Origin: Syntrophus aciditrophicus
GTDB lineage: Bacteria; Desulfobacterota; Syntrophia; Syntrophales; UBA8958
Assembly: GCA_020718905.1 (NCBI GenBank)
Contig: DYRD01000006.1
Location: 1-54,618 of the forward strand
Length of the DNA: 54,618 nt
Reading direction: 5' to 3'
Shown: piece by piece, positions 1 through 10,272 of the stretch
How positions within the stretch are numbered: position 1 is the first letter of the stretch
Layout: the number at the start of each line of letters is the position of its first letter
Position numbers and translations under genes: made by a program
The notes under the pieces: model-generated
What the model saw: only the letters and a program-made list of their open reading frames with translations
Told to the model about the DNA's origin: nothing
The model's database searches: none

Positions 1-148
1 AATTTCCCACTTATAAAAACCTGTATCCTGTCCAAACAACCCCCACCACCTCTATCTTCTCCTTTGTTATCCATTTGATTTTTTTGTTGTAAATTAGGTT
101 ATGGCAATAATGAAACTTTATATAGACAATAATGGAACAAATTAGTTA

Positions 149-1503
149 TTAATTGAAGGATTGGAGATGAGAGCGAAGATTCGCTTTTTTATTAGTGATG
201 CGGAGTTTCTTTCGTATATTGTTCCGGTGGGTGTTAACGGAACTGGATGCTATCCCCATAACCTGAGCGATGTCTTTAGTTGATCTTCCCTCTTTGATCA
301 AAGACGCAACTTTGGCCTCCATAGGGGTGAAATTGAATTGATGCATTTTTTTTATGACTGCCGAAGTGATATTGTTGAGATAGGATTCGATGATGCTCAT
401 AAAAGCCAGCTGTCGCTCATCAAGGCCGGTGTTTCTCATTTTTTCCGCAAAGGGAATGATCAGCTGCTTAACGTTCGCAACAAACCGATCTTCCAGTTCC
501 TGCTTGTCTTCCTCCTGGTGTTTTAGAAGCACCTTTAAGGCGATATTGACTTCCTCAAGGGTTTTTGTCTTGCTTTCCAATTCCGCAGTCCGCTCCTGAA
601 CCAGCTTTTCAAGATATTCATAGTGGATTTTCAATTCTTCCTCCGCTCGCTTCCGCTCGGTAATATCCACCATTACGCCGACCAGTCCCGCCAGGGTGTC
701 GTCGGCATTCACATAGGTTGCCTTTTGTTCACAACGACATCGTGCTTTTTCCCATCGGCATATGTTATTGGCTGTTCATATACTTGCCGGCCCGGCTGAC
801 GAAACAATGCCAGATCCATTTCATGATATTTGTCGGCCACATCCCGGGGATACATATCGTAAACGCCTTTCCCGATGATATCTTCCTTTTTGAAACCGGT
901 ATAGTCCTCGAATTCCCTGTTGCAGCCCTGGTATCGTCCATGAATGTCTTTGCAAAAAATCGGACTGGGAATTGTGTTGATCATGGTTTCGAGAAAATTC
1001 AACAGGTTCTGTGATTTCTCTTCCGTTAACTTGCGTTCGGTAATATCACGCCCGAGGACGGTAATTGATGAGACTCGTCCGGCGGCATCAAGAACAGGGG
1101 TATAATTTACTTGGATCCATCGCTTCCCCGCAGCAAGATTGAATGTATTTTCGTAGGAAACCGATTTTCCCGAATTCGCTTCGTCAATATATTTTAAAGC
1201 GAATTTATAGTTATCTTCTCCCAGGATATCCTTTAAATGGCTGCCAATGATTTTTTCCCGTGGAATCCCGAATGATTTTTCAAACGCGTCATTCACAAAT
1301 TCATACTGTAAAGTAGCTGCGTTGAGGTAGGCAATATACCTGGGGATATTTTTAGCAAGACGCAGAAATCTGTCATTACTTTCCTTGAGCGCCTTTCCCG
1401 TCCCCTTGCTCGCTCCTGCCGATTTTGCCAGGACCTGGATTTTTTGCTTTAATAAGGCATTCGCTTCGATCAGTTCCTGTTTTGTCGGGGCTCGCTTAAT
1501 CAT
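149..1503 (-). CDS. PAS-PAS-LuxR HTH transcriptional regulator, split by a 1-nt frameshift near 722-727
   Basis: ORF 709..1503 has two PAS/PAC domains (DITERK); ORF 149..712 has a PAC end, a coiled coil and a LuxR HTH (FTPMEAKVASLIKEGRSTKDIA..HRNNIRKKL). Removing one A from the A run restores VVNKATYVNADDTLAG. Confidence 0.85.
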
Positions 1504-1674
1504 CCCGTGTTAGCACCCAGCAGTCATTGTATTATATGATTTTAGGCATAAATAGGGACATGAAATGTCAGTAGAAGATCTAACAGTTGTCTAATAAAGA
1601 CATCCCTAATTTTAGACTTCAGGCGGCCCGTCCCGGCAACTGCCCCCATTTATGCCCCCTATATCAAGATGGAC

Positions 1675-2904
1675 TTATTTACTTTTTTTCTTCTTTTGCA
1701 GGCTCTTGTGCATCAGTTCCCCGAAGCTACCGAAGCCGCCGGAAGTAGTATCCGCGGGAGCTCCCGGTTCGGGAACATAAGACTCCTCTTCCTCCGAGGG
1801 GGTTTCCAGGGAAAGGGAAATCTTGCGCTTTACCGGATCGACGGCAGTTACATAAGGTTCTACCACTTGCCCTACTGCGACGACGTCTTTGGGGTGATTA
1901 ATGCGCTTTCCCGTCCCGAAGTTGGAGATGTGGATCAAACCGTCTATCCCCGGGGCCAGATTGACGAAGGCCCCGAAAGCGGTGAGTCTGACGACGGGCC
2001 CCTTCACCCTGCTGCCCGGCCGGTACGCCGCGGCCGCGGTCTCCCAGGGATCTGCTTGCAGGTCCTTGAGGCTCAGGGTCAGGCGGCCCTTCTCCCAGTC
2101 AATACCGATAACCCTAACCTTTACCTCCTGACCGGGGGACAGGACGTCCTCCGCCTTCCCCGTCCGGTCCCAGGCCAGCTCGCTCATGGGGATCAAGCCT
2201 TCAATCCCCCCGATATCGACGAAGGCGCCGAAATTCGCCAGGGAACGCACCGTGCCGGCCAGATCCGTTCCTACGACCAGGGTCTCCTTGATACGGTCGG
2301 CCTGGGCCTGCCGCTCTTCCTCAAAGAGGACCCGCCGTGACAGGACGATGTTCTGGCTTTCTTCCTCAAACTCAATCACTTTGAAAGGGAAGGTCTGGCC
2401 GACGTAAGTCTCGCTGTCCTTATCCCGCTTCAAATCGATCTGGGAAAAAGGGCAAAAGCATCTGACGCCGCCTACGGTCACCTCAAAGCCGCCTTTCACG
2501 GCCGCTTTGACCTTTCCCGAAACGGGCAGGTTCGCCTGGCGGGCATCGCGGATCTCGGCCATATCGAGGGTCGAATAACCATGCCTGATGGTTGTGAGCC
2601 GCTTGGCGCCGTCCCGGACATGGAGAAAGAAGGCCTCGATCTCGTCGCCTTCCTTTACCGCACAGGTCCCGTCGGCGCCCTTGAACTCGGCCAGTTCGAT
2701 GACCCCTTCGCTCTTCTCGTCCAGGTCGACGTACACCATATCTTTCGATACACTTATTACGGTCGCCTTTATCTTCTGGCCGGGCTTCAGCCTTAGGGGC
2801 ATTTTATTCTCTTTTGCAAACATTGCCCCAAAATCATCCTCCGGCAAAGAGGCTTCGCCTCCAACCGTCTCCATCTTTCCCGCTCCCACTTTTTCTTCCG
2901 TCAT
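1675..2904 (-). CDS. rpsA: 30S ribosomal protein S1-like protein (short, about 4 S1 domains)
   Basis: Repeated S1 motifs (FCPFSQID, NFGAFVDIGGIEGLIPMSEL, FGAFVNLAPGIDGLIHIS); 409 aa, probably a second S1 paralog. Confidence 0.85.
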   Translation of the reverse strand: MTEEKVGAGKMETVGGEASLPEDDFGAMFAKENKMPLRLKPGQKIKATVISVSKDMVYVDLDEKSEGVIELAEFKGADGTCAVKEGDEIEAFFLHVRDGAKRLTTIRHGYSTLDMAEIRDARQANLPVSGKVKAAVKGGFEVTVGGVRCFCPFSQIDLKRDKDSETYVGQTFPFKVIEFEEESQNIVLSRRVLFEEERQAQADRIKETLVVGTDLAGTVRSLANFGAFVDIGGIEGLIPMSELAWDRTGKAEDVLSPGQEVKVRVIGIDWEKGRLTLSLKDLQADPWETAAAAYRPGSRVKGPVVRLTAFGAFVNLAPGIDGLIHISNFGTGKRINHPKDVVAVGQVVEPYVTAVDPVKRKISLSLETPSEEEESYVPEPGAPADTTSGGFGSFGELMHKSLQKKKKSK

Positions 2905-2977
2905 GTTCCCGCTCCTTAATTGATGTCACGCAGATAAATCGTCTGATTTTCCCCGCAAGTAAAATTTGCTATTATTG

Positions 2978-3836
2978 CTATTGCCCCGTTTTGATCGACA
3001 AGACATCCTCGGAGAACTCGGAGGGCAAATCCTTCCTGCCACCGGATTGTTCCTGCACCTTCACACCCCTGGTCAGGCGCGACACATCCTTAGAGTTTGT
3101 CATCACCCGGTATACTTCGCCCCGGGCGGCAAGGCTGATGTCCCCTAAGGGTGCCGTGCTCGTATATATGGAGATGCTTTCCTGACCGAAGGGGGGCGAG
3201 ACCTCCAGGTCGAAACGGTCGTTTCCCGAGGGGATCTCGTAGATGATACCGCCGTTGAAATAGGTTTCGCTCCGATAAGGGTTGGGCAGGAGTTGGAGGA
3301 GATTGCCGGCCGTATCTCTGTAAATGATGCGGGCATGGAAGGGCTTGTTGCTCTTGAGGTATATTTTTATCTTTTCCCCCTGTTTATACTCCTGTTTGTC
3401 CGTCCATAATTTAACCTTCAGAGGCGCCGCCGGGTCGTCGGTAAAGTCCTTCACCTGGGCGGCCTTGGTCATTGCTTTTTCATCGGGGACGACCTCCGCC
3501 TTGATCTTCATCCGGTAGCATTCACCGGCGACGGCATCCTGGTACCAACCCTTTTCCAGCTCTTGGACAACCTGCACCGCGGCATTGGCATAGGCGGCGA
3601 TAAGATCCTTTTCCACGGCCAGATCCTTCACCTGGGTTTCGCTGCTTAAATAGGTCACGGCCCGCTCCGCCGCGCTGCGCTTGGCGTCCGTCATGGCCGC
3701 CTGCTCCGTCTGCTTTCTCGACTTGTCGTCTCCCCATGCAGGCTTTGCCCTCCACATCCACAAGGGTGGATTGAGCGGCGTAGAGAGGGGAGGAAAGGCA
3801 GACCAGAAACAATAAGGCGAGCCAAGCATTCTTCAT
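2978..3836 (-). CDS. Secreted DUF4384-domain protein, frameshifted near 3730-3737
   Basis: Signal peptide MKNAWLALLFLVCLSSPLYA from ATG 3836; an extra G in ATGGGGAGAC breaks the join to GDDKSRKQ; C-terminal region LKVKLWTDKQEYKQGE..LLPN..VSPPFGQE is DUF4384-like. Confidence 0.7.
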
Positions 3837-3925
3837 CCCCGAGACCTCCACCTTCTTGATTAGCGGTGGGAGTTTGGCATATTTGCCATAATTCGTCAAT
3901 CCATAGGGCGATGTTATTTGCCAAG

Positions 3926-4753
3926 TCACCCTTTTGCCTCTTCCCAGAGGCGGTCCATCGTAGGGAGATCGGCCTCCTCCATCCTGACGCCTTCCTCCTG
4001 CAACCTGGTCTCGATATATTGGAACCTCCTCAGGAATTTAGCCGTCGTCCGGCGCAGGGCCTCTTCGGCCCGCACATGGGCAAAGCGGGAAAGGTTGACC
4101 ACGGAAAAGAGGAGATCCCCGATCTCTTCCTCCATGCCGTCCTGATCTTGCCGCCCGATGGCTTCTTTCAGCTCCTGAAGCTCTTCTTCGATCTTCTCGA
4201 TGACCTGCTCTGTCCTCTCCCAGTCAAACCCGACCGTTGCGGCCCGGGCGGTTATTATATCCTGGGCCCGCGACAGGGCCGGCAGGGAACGGGAGATACC
4301 GTCAAACAGCGTGCTTGCCTGCCTGCCCTTACACTTCTCCGTCGCCTTGATCTGTTCCCAGTTGGCCTTCACCTCGGCGACGTCCCGGACCGACTGGTCG
4401 GCAAAGACATGGGGGTGGCGGCGGATCATCTTTTCCGATACCTCCCGGACCACCCCGGCAAGATCGAAATGCCCCTGTTCTTCCGCCAGGACGACGAGGA
4501 AGAGGATTTGAAAGAGCAGGTCTCCCAATTCCTCCCGGAGGTCCGCCGGAGAACCTCCGGCGATGGCATCGATTACTTCATAGGCTTCGCTCAGCACGTA
4601 CCGCCCGAGATCTTTTTCTTTCTGCACCCGGTCCCAGGGGCATCCGGCGGGAGAACGGAGGCTCCTGATCAAGGCAAGAAGTTCGCCGATCTCCGGCGAC
4701 GGTTCGCGATTGCGCGCTGTCTCCCCTTGTTTTTCCACTTCAAAACTCCTCAT
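3926..4753 (-). CDS. mazG: Nucleoside triphosphate pyrophosphohydrolase MazG
   Basis: GCPWD, EAYEVIDAI, EELGDLLFQ, RRHPHVF, GFDW and EEEIGDLLF motifs. Confidence 0.95.
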   Translation of the reverse strand: MRSFEVEKQGETARNREPSPEIGELLALIRSLRSPAGCPWDRVQKEKDLGRYVLSEAYEVIDAIAGGSPADLREELGDLLFQILFLVVLAEEQGHFDLAGVVREVSEKMIRRHPHVFADQSVRDVAEVKANWEQIKATEKCKGRQASTLFDGISRSLPALSRAQDIITARAATVGFDWERTEQVIEKIEEELQELKEAIGRQDQDGMEEEIGDLLFSVVNLSRFAHVRAEEALRRTTAKFLRRFQYIETRLQEEGVRMEEADLPTMDRLWEEAKG

Positions 4754-4813
4754 TATTCCATTGAATCAACAGGTAATTGGGGCAAGACTGTTTGCCATCC
4801 CCGGCGGGAGAGG

Positions 4814-5374
4814 CTACAGGCCGAGCTGTTCGCTCCGCTCCTGCATCGCCGTCAGGGAAATCTCCACAAATTCATCGAGAGGAATCCCGATCCCTTCGCA
4901 TTCCCGGATATTATCCCGGTTCACCGAGGCGGCAAAGGCCTTCTCCTTCATCCGCTTGGTCACGGACTTGACCTTGACGCTGGCGAGCTTTTTATCGGGA
5001 TAAACGAGGGCCGTGGCCATGATCAGGCCGGTCACCGTCTCCCCCGCCGCCAGGGCATGCTGAAAAATGGTCTCCCGGGTCTTTTTCGTAGCCATTTCGT
5101 TGTGCATGGCGATGGCGTCGATAATCTCCGGATCGATCCCCTGCTCCGTCAGCATTGCCACGGCGGCAATACCGTGCACGGTCAGGTCTCCCCCTACCTG
5201 TTCGATATCCAGATCGTGAAGAAGGCCAGCCAGGGCCCACTGCTCCTCGTCCTGACCGAGGCGGCGGCCCAAGGCTTTCATGACGGCTTCGGAGGCGTAG
5301 GAATGGGCCAGCAGCTTATCGTTTTTGATGTGCTCATGGAGCAGTGACAAGGCTTGGTCGCGGGAAAAGCTCAT
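4814..5374 (-). CDS. HDIG-domain metal-dependent phosphohydrolase
   Basis: HSYASE..GLLHDLD..HG..HN..VTGLI motifs; AAGGAG RBS before ATG 5374. Confidence 0.9.
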   Translation of the reverse strand: MSFSRDQALSLLHEHIKNDKLLAHSYASEAVMKALGRRLGQDEEQWALAGLLHDLDIEQVGGDLTVHGIAAVAMLTEQGIDPEIIDAIAMHNEMATKKTRETIFQHALAAGETVTGLIMATALVYPDKKLASVKVKSVTKRMKEKAFAASVNRDNIRECEGIGIPLDEFVEISLTAMQERSEQLGL

Positions 5375-5393
5375 CGTTGTTATCTCCTTGGTT

Positions 5394-5885
5394 CTATGAT
5401 GGCAATGCTGCCGTAAGGCCTCTCGATTCCATGCACGCGCGGCACCAGGGGGTATAACCGCACTGGCCGCGGCAATTGTCAAAATCGTCCCTGTTTATCT
5501 TGACCATCCGGAAGATGCTCATGAGAAATTCATCCCGGTCCTCCGTTTCCAGGGCAATCACCTCCCCGGGACAAATCGCTTTGCCGTCTCTGGCCAGAAT
5601 ATTATCCACCCCCCGGGCCGCATGGACGGAAACCCCCTGAGCAAGGAGAAAAGATCGGGCCGGGGCGGAGGCAACCCCCGTGACCACTTCGGAAATAAGG
5701 CCTGAATAGACGATCAGTTTCGCCGCTGCCAACCCGACGACCTTGTCGTGGAGGAGACAGCCCTGGTACTTGCCCCGGTAGATCTCCAACCACTCCGCCA
5801 GAGGCCTCAGCCCCGGCTCGCCGGACGTGAAGACCCTGCTCCCCCCGCAGAACATGGCAAGAGAATAGTCCTGGAAATCCGGCAT
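5394..5885 (-). CDS. DUF1893 (TM1506-like) protein
   Basis: GLRPL..LHDKVVGLAAAKL..S..A..ICPGE pattern; start placed at MPDFQDY, just after the upstream stop. Confidence 0.75.
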   Translation of the reverse strand: MPDFQDYSLAMFCGGSRVFTSGEPGLRPLAEWLEIYRGKYQGCLLHDKVVGLAAAKLIVYSGLISEVVTGVASAPARSFLLAQGVSVHAARGVDNILARDGKAICPGEVIALETEDRDEFLMSIFRMVKINRDDFDNCRGQCGYTPWCRACMESRGLTAALPS

Positions 5886-5887
5886 TG

Positions 5888-6382
5888 TCACGCCAGCCAC
5901 CTTTTCAGCGGCCTGTTCAGCCTCGCGGCGCCGACCGCCCAGAGGGTATTGGACAGGAACAGCATGAGCACCAGATTTTGAATAAAGGCGGCGGAAAGGC
6001 CGGCAAGATAATAATCCGCCGGAATCAGCCAAAGCAACTGGAGGCAAAAGGCCATCCAGACGGCCAAGAGGGGGCGGCGGCCGCACCGGAGAAACCAGCC
6101 GATGAAGAACCCGAGGATGCCGTTGCCGATAATGAGGTAGGGATTAGCCAAGGTCAAGGCCGAAAAGAGCGATCCGATCAGGCCGGACAGCAGCCCGCCC
6201 AGGGGACCCAGCAACGACGCGGCAAGAAAGATGGCCACCGGGAAGGTATGAATCTTTAATCCCCCCGGGATGGGCAGATTTACCATACTGAGGATGTTGG
6301 GCAGGAACACGAGGAGCAGCATCGCGCCTACGGTTTTGCGATTCCAGGGTCGTTCCCAGGATAAGCTACCTGATCCGATCAC
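5888..6382 (-). CDS. ECF transporter S component
   Basis: 164-aa highly hydrophobic protein with AxxxGPxxG motif (LAASLLGPLGGLLSG); GGAGG RBS before GTG. Confidence 0.75.
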   Translation of the reverse strand: MIGSGSLSWERPWNRKTVGAMLLLVFLPNILSMVNLPIPGGLKIHTFPVAIFLAASLLGPLGGLLSGLIGSLFSALTLANPYLIIGNGILGFFIGWFLRCGRRPLLAVWMAFCLQLLWLIPADYYLAGLSAAFIQNLVLMLFLSNTLWAVGAARLNRPLKRWLA

Positions 6383-6467
6383 ATTTCACCTCCCCTAAAG
6401 ATACGTAATATGGATACGTTGCCCAACCGCAGCAAGATGGAAGCCATCTTTCAGATGGTTTTTTACC

Positions 6468-6497
6468 ATCTTAGCGCAGCATGCCGAGAAAGGTCAA
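6468..6497 (-). promoter_or_regulatory. Putative sigma70 promoter of the ECF-S/DUF1893 operon
   Basis: Minus strand TTGACC-N18-TAAGAT; the -10 overlaps AGATGG/CCATCT palindromes. Confidence 0.4.
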
Positions 6498-6734
6498 ATG
6501 AAAAGGTTCACAACCACCTTTCCGCAAAGCCGACGAGGAGGTTCTCCGGACAACAACCTTCACCATGAAAATTCTTTCATATTTTCCATAGTTACCGGCG
6601 ATGGGAAAATCATTGATTTGTCAGGCGGGCTTAAGAAATAGGCGAAGCGCAATCCCCGGAGAAAATGCTTGCACTGCTATTTCACCGTGTTATAAAATCG
6701 TTTCGTCCGTGATAATGGTCAAAGGCAACGCAGC

Positions 6735-7663
6735 ATGGATCTCGCGACGATGGAAAAGATTAAAATAGGCGTCAGCGCCTGCCTTTTGGGGGAGCATGTC
6801 CGTTACGACGGGGGACATCAACCGGACGCTTATCTTACCCAGACCCTGGGCCGTTACTTTGAGTGGGTCCCGGTCTGTCCGGAGGTCGAATACGGATTGC
6901 CCGTCCCCCGGGAGGCCATTCGCCTGGTCGGCGATCCCGCCGCGCCCCGCCTCATGACGGTAAGGTCGGGAATCGACCATACAGCCGGGATGAAGGCCTG
7001 GGCGGAAAAAAAGCTCCCCTCCCTGGCGAAAGCAGATCTCTGCGGCTTCATCTTCAAGGGTAAATCCCCGAGTTCCGGGATGACGGCCGTCGAGGTATAT
7101 GGTGAGGGAGGAATTCCTTCCCGCCGGGGAACGGGTATTTTTGCCGGGGCGTTCATGGCCGGCTTCACGATCCCATCCTGCGGGAAAATTTCATCGAAAG
7201 GGTTTTTGTCTCCCATCGCTGGCAGGTCATGACGGGCACGGAGTTTAAACTTGGGGATCTCGAAATTTTCCACCGCCATCACAAACTGCTCCTCATGTCT
7301 CACAGCCCGCAACATCTGACGGGGCTGGGCCGTATCGTCGCCAATCACGATCAACTGCCCCCCTCCCGGGCGGCGGCTGCATACCATCAACTCCTGATGG
7401 CGGGATTGAAACTGATCGCAACCCCTAAAAAGCAAACCAACGTCCTCATGCACATGCTGGGGTATTTCAAGAAGCGGCTCACCAAGGATGAAAAACAAGA
7501 GATCCTCGACATCATTGAGAGATATCGCCTGGGCGCGCTGCCTTTGATCGTACCGGTGACCATGCTTGTCCATTATGTCCGGAAATTTGACGAGCCTTAT
7601 CTGGGGGAGCAAATCTATCTCCATCCCCATCCCGCCGAGCTGATGCTGAGGAATCACAGTTGA
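6735..7663 (+). CDS. DUF523-DUF1722 (2-thiouracil desulfurase-like/YbgA) fusion, broken by a short deletion and frameshift near 7155
   Basis: N part VSACLLG..VRYDG..VCPEVE..SPSSG; alternate frame resumes GRLHDPILRENFIERVF; C part FHRHHKLLLMSH..NVLMHMLGYFK..YLHPHP. Confidence 0.85.
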
Positions 7664-7687
7664 AGGAAAACAAACGCACAATCTGCA

Positions 7688-7716
7688 TTGACACAAGGTC
7701 GCTGTTCACCTATATG
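7688..7716 (+). promoter_or_regulatory. Putative sigma70 promoter
   Basis: TTGACA-N17-TATATG upstream of the MORN-repeat gene. Confidence 0.4.
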
Positions 7717-7721
7717 TAAGC

Positions 7722-8429
7722 ATGGAAGGGATCGAGCCCATGCCCCGGAAGGGAAATCTTAAAGAGGAAATACAGCATAATGACAAAGAGCATGTCATTG
7801 AGCGGCGCTTTACCCTGGATGGCAAGCCCGAGGGGGAGTATGCCTCTTATTTCGGCAACGGGCAGGTCATGGTCCGCATGCAATTCCGGAAGGGCGTGAA
7901 AAACGGCGCCGCGACGTCCTATTATCGGGACGGACAGCTTCGCGAGCAGGGAACCTTCAAGAATAACCAGCTCATCGGCAGGTATGTCTGCTATTACGAC
8001 AACGGCCAGATCCGGGAAGAGGAATACTACAACGAGGCGGGAAAACTCGCAGGCAAATATCTGCTCTATTATCGAGACGGACAGATCAAGGACGAAGAAA
8101 ACTTCCGCAACGGACTCTTTGAGGGCGATTACGTATCCTACTACAAAAACGGGCAGATCCGGGGAAAAGGAAGTTTTAAAAACGACAAGCGGGAAGGGGA
8201 ATACCGCGCCTATTACAAGAACGGCCGGATCAAAGAGCAGGCCAGCTACCGTAGCGGCAAGCTTGTCGGCAAGTTTCGCTTCTATGATGAAAACAGCCTG
8301 GAAAGCAAAAAGCCACCGAGCGAGGACCAGGGAGAGGGAGACGAACATGATGTCCGGGAAAGAGAACAAATGGTTGACGATCTCATGAAAAATCTCGGCA
8401 ATTACAGCAACCAGGGAAAGGAGCCATAA
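7722..8429 (+). CDS. MORN-variant repeat (YwqK-like) protein
   Basis: About seven tandem G-x-Y-x-x-YY-x-[ND]G-[QR]-I repeats; stop overlaps the next start (TAATG). Confidence 0.85.
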   Translation: MEGIEPMPRKGNLKEEIQHNDKEHVIERRFTLDGKPEGEYASYFGNGQVMVRMQFRKGVKNGAATSYYRDGQLREQGTFKNNQLIGRYVCYYDNGQIREEEYYNEAGKLAGKYLLYYRDGQIKDEENFRNGLFEGDYVSYYKNGQIRGKGSFKNDKREGEYRAYYKNGRIKEQASYRSGKLVGKFRFYDENSLESKKPPSEDQGEGDEHDVREREQMVDDLMKNLGNYSNQGKEP

Positions 8430-9268
8430 TGATCAAGACAATCCTGATTCCCACCGACGGTTCCGATTACGGGAACACGGCCATCGATTACGGCGTTTAT
8501 ATCGCCAAACGTCTGGAAGCAAGGCTGACGGGCCTGCACGTTATCGACATTCGCCTGATCCAGGGACCGGTGATCACCGATATTTTCGGTTCCATTGGCC
8601 TCCCCCCCTACCAGGAATTATACCCGCTCATAGAAAAAGGTCTCGCAGAGCGGCCCGACGTTATCCTGAAGACCTTCGCAGAGCGTTGCTCCCGGGGGGG
8701 GGTGCCGGCGGAAACGCGCAAGGCGGTCGGAATCATCAACGAGGCGATCATCGAGGAAGGGAAAAATCACGACTGGATCATTCTGGCCCAGCGAGGCGAA
8801 CATTTCCACATCGCCAAGGGCGGCATTCTCGGTTCCACCGCCGAGGCCGTTGTCCGTCACGCCGGGAAACCGGTCCTGGTCACCCCCCAATCCTATCAGG
8901 ATATCGAAAGCATCGGCCTGGCTTACGACGGCAGCCCGCCCGCCCAACATGCTCTCGAATTGGCCGTTTTTCTAGCCGACAAGATATCCTGGCCCCTGAC
9001 GATTCTCATGGTCACGAACGACCAGGACCGGGCCGCAAAATGGACAAAGAAAGCCGAGGCGTATCTCGAAGCCTTTCCAATCGACTGCGAAATGATCGTG
9101 ATGGAAGGCAAGGAGGACCGGGCGATTCTGCAATTCATCAGGGAAGGAGCCGTCGAGATCATGATCATGGGGGCATACGGGCGCAACCTCCTGCACGAGC
9201 TTTTCATCGGCAGCACCACCACCCAGATCATTCGCAAGAGTACTATCCCGGTACTGCTGACCCGCTGA
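8429..9268 (+). CDS. Universal stress protein (tandem UspA domains)
   Basis: ILIPTDGS, LGSTAEAVVR..PVLV, AYDGS, MGAYG..IGSTT..PVLL. Confidence 0.92.
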   Translation: MIKTILIPTDGSDYGNTAIDYGVYIAKRLEARLTGLHVIDIRLIQGPVITDIFGSIGLPPYQELYPLIEKGLAERPDVILKTFAERCSRGGVPAETRKAVGIINEAIIEEGKNHDWIILAQRGEHFHIAKGGILGSTAEAVVRHAGKPVLVTPQSYQDIESIGLAYDGSPPAQHALELAVFLADKISWPLTILMVTNDQDRAAKWTKKAEAYLEAFPIDCEMIVMEGKEDRAILQFIREGAVEIMIMGAYGRNLLHELFIGSTTTQIIRKSTIPVLLTR

Positions 9269-9278
9269 TTCCGGTCCC

Positions 9279-9365
9279 AAATCAAAGCGCTACCTTCGTT
9301 GGCTTCGTCAGCGGCCCCTCGGCGTATTTACATATACGCCTGGGCAAGCCTCTTCCTTGCCGCGT
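9279..9365 (+). repeat. Dispersed ~87-bp intergenic repeat, copy 1
   Basis: Aligns by eye with the reverse complement of 13562..13646 (shared cgttggc-tcgtcagcggc-cctcg-cgtat..acgcctg..tcttcct). Confidence 0.75.
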
Positions 9366-9412
9366 CGCTGTCATCTTTTGCTTTGGACCCCGGAGAATCA
9401 GTACCCCTCTTC

Positions 9413-10186
9413 TTAGAAAAAGACCTCTTTATCAGCATGCACCTTGTCGCTAAGGTCCTTCAGCACTTCATGGCGGGTCAGGTCGTAATAGATGGGCGTG
9501 ATGGTTATGTAGCCCTGGCGCAGGGCGCAGGCGTCGGAATCGGGGGATTCGTCGTCGGCCAGATGAGTTTCCCCGGCCAACCATTAATAGATATTGTCCC
9601 GGGGGTCCACCCGCTTTTCAAAATTCTCCAGCAGCCGTGCCCGTCCTTGCTTGACAACGACAAGACCCTTCATTTCCGCCTCCGGCAGGGCGGGGATGTT
9701 TACGTTGATGGCGATATCCTGCCAGGAATTCCTGAGGATAAAGGCCGCCATTTTCCGGGCGAAACGGGCGGCGAAGGAGTAGTCCGCCTCCTTGTGGGAA
9801 TCGAGGGATATGGCCAGAGACGGCACTCCGAGGATAACCGCTTCCGTCACCGCGGACACCGTCCCCGAATAAAGCACGTTGATGCCCACATTGGCGCCGC
9901 GGTTTATACCGGAGACGACGAGATCGACAGGGGTTGCGGCTAATTCACGGATGCCGAGCTTGACGCAGTCCGCCGGCGTTCCCGCTACGGCATAACCCAG
10001 GATAGTACCGTTTTTCCGGGCCTCCCGGACCATTATGGGCCGAAAAATGGTTATGGCATGCCCGACGGCGCTCTGTTCTACTTCCGGGGCAACAATAATA
10101 CACTCGGCATCCCGGGAAAGCTCCTGATATAAAGAAGCCAGTCCTTTCGCGTAGATCCCGTCGTCATTGGTAAGAAGAAAACACAT
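9413..10186 (-). CDS. surE: 5'/3'-nucleotidase SurE with an in-frame TAA at 9584-9586
   Basis: LLTNDDG, GTPADCV, SGINRGAN..YSGTV; past the TAA the frame continues WLAG..SD..ALRQGYITITP to TAA 9413. Confidence 0.92.
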
Positions 10187-10202
10187 GCGTTCCTCCTGAA
10201 TT

Positions 10203-10238
10203 AAAAACCCGGAAGTCAAATAACCAACTTCCGGGTTT
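10203..10238 (-). terminator. Rho-independent terminator after dnaK
   Basis: Inverted repeat AAACCCGGAAGT..ACTTCCGGGTTT followed by a T run on the minus strand. Confidence 0.7.
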
Positions 10239-10272
10239 AGGGAAAGATTAATATGCCGGGAGGGGACCGGTA

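Noticed and set aside
1551-1613. Imperfect inverted repeat (AAATAGGGACATG..CATCCCTAATTT) upstream of the PAS-LuxR gene
   Set aside because: Too short and degenerate to call an operator without comparative data.
3866-5347. 493-aa plus-strand ORF and other long antisense ORFs (e.g. 22890..23834, 26006..26989, 28654..29613, 33083..34069)
   Set aside because: Shadow frames of well-supported opposite-strand genes in GC-rich DNA, with no family motifs.
7800-8290. Periodic repeats resembling an array or CRISPR
   Set aside because: Protein-level MORN-variant repeats with no conserved DNA repeat-spacer structure and no cas genes.
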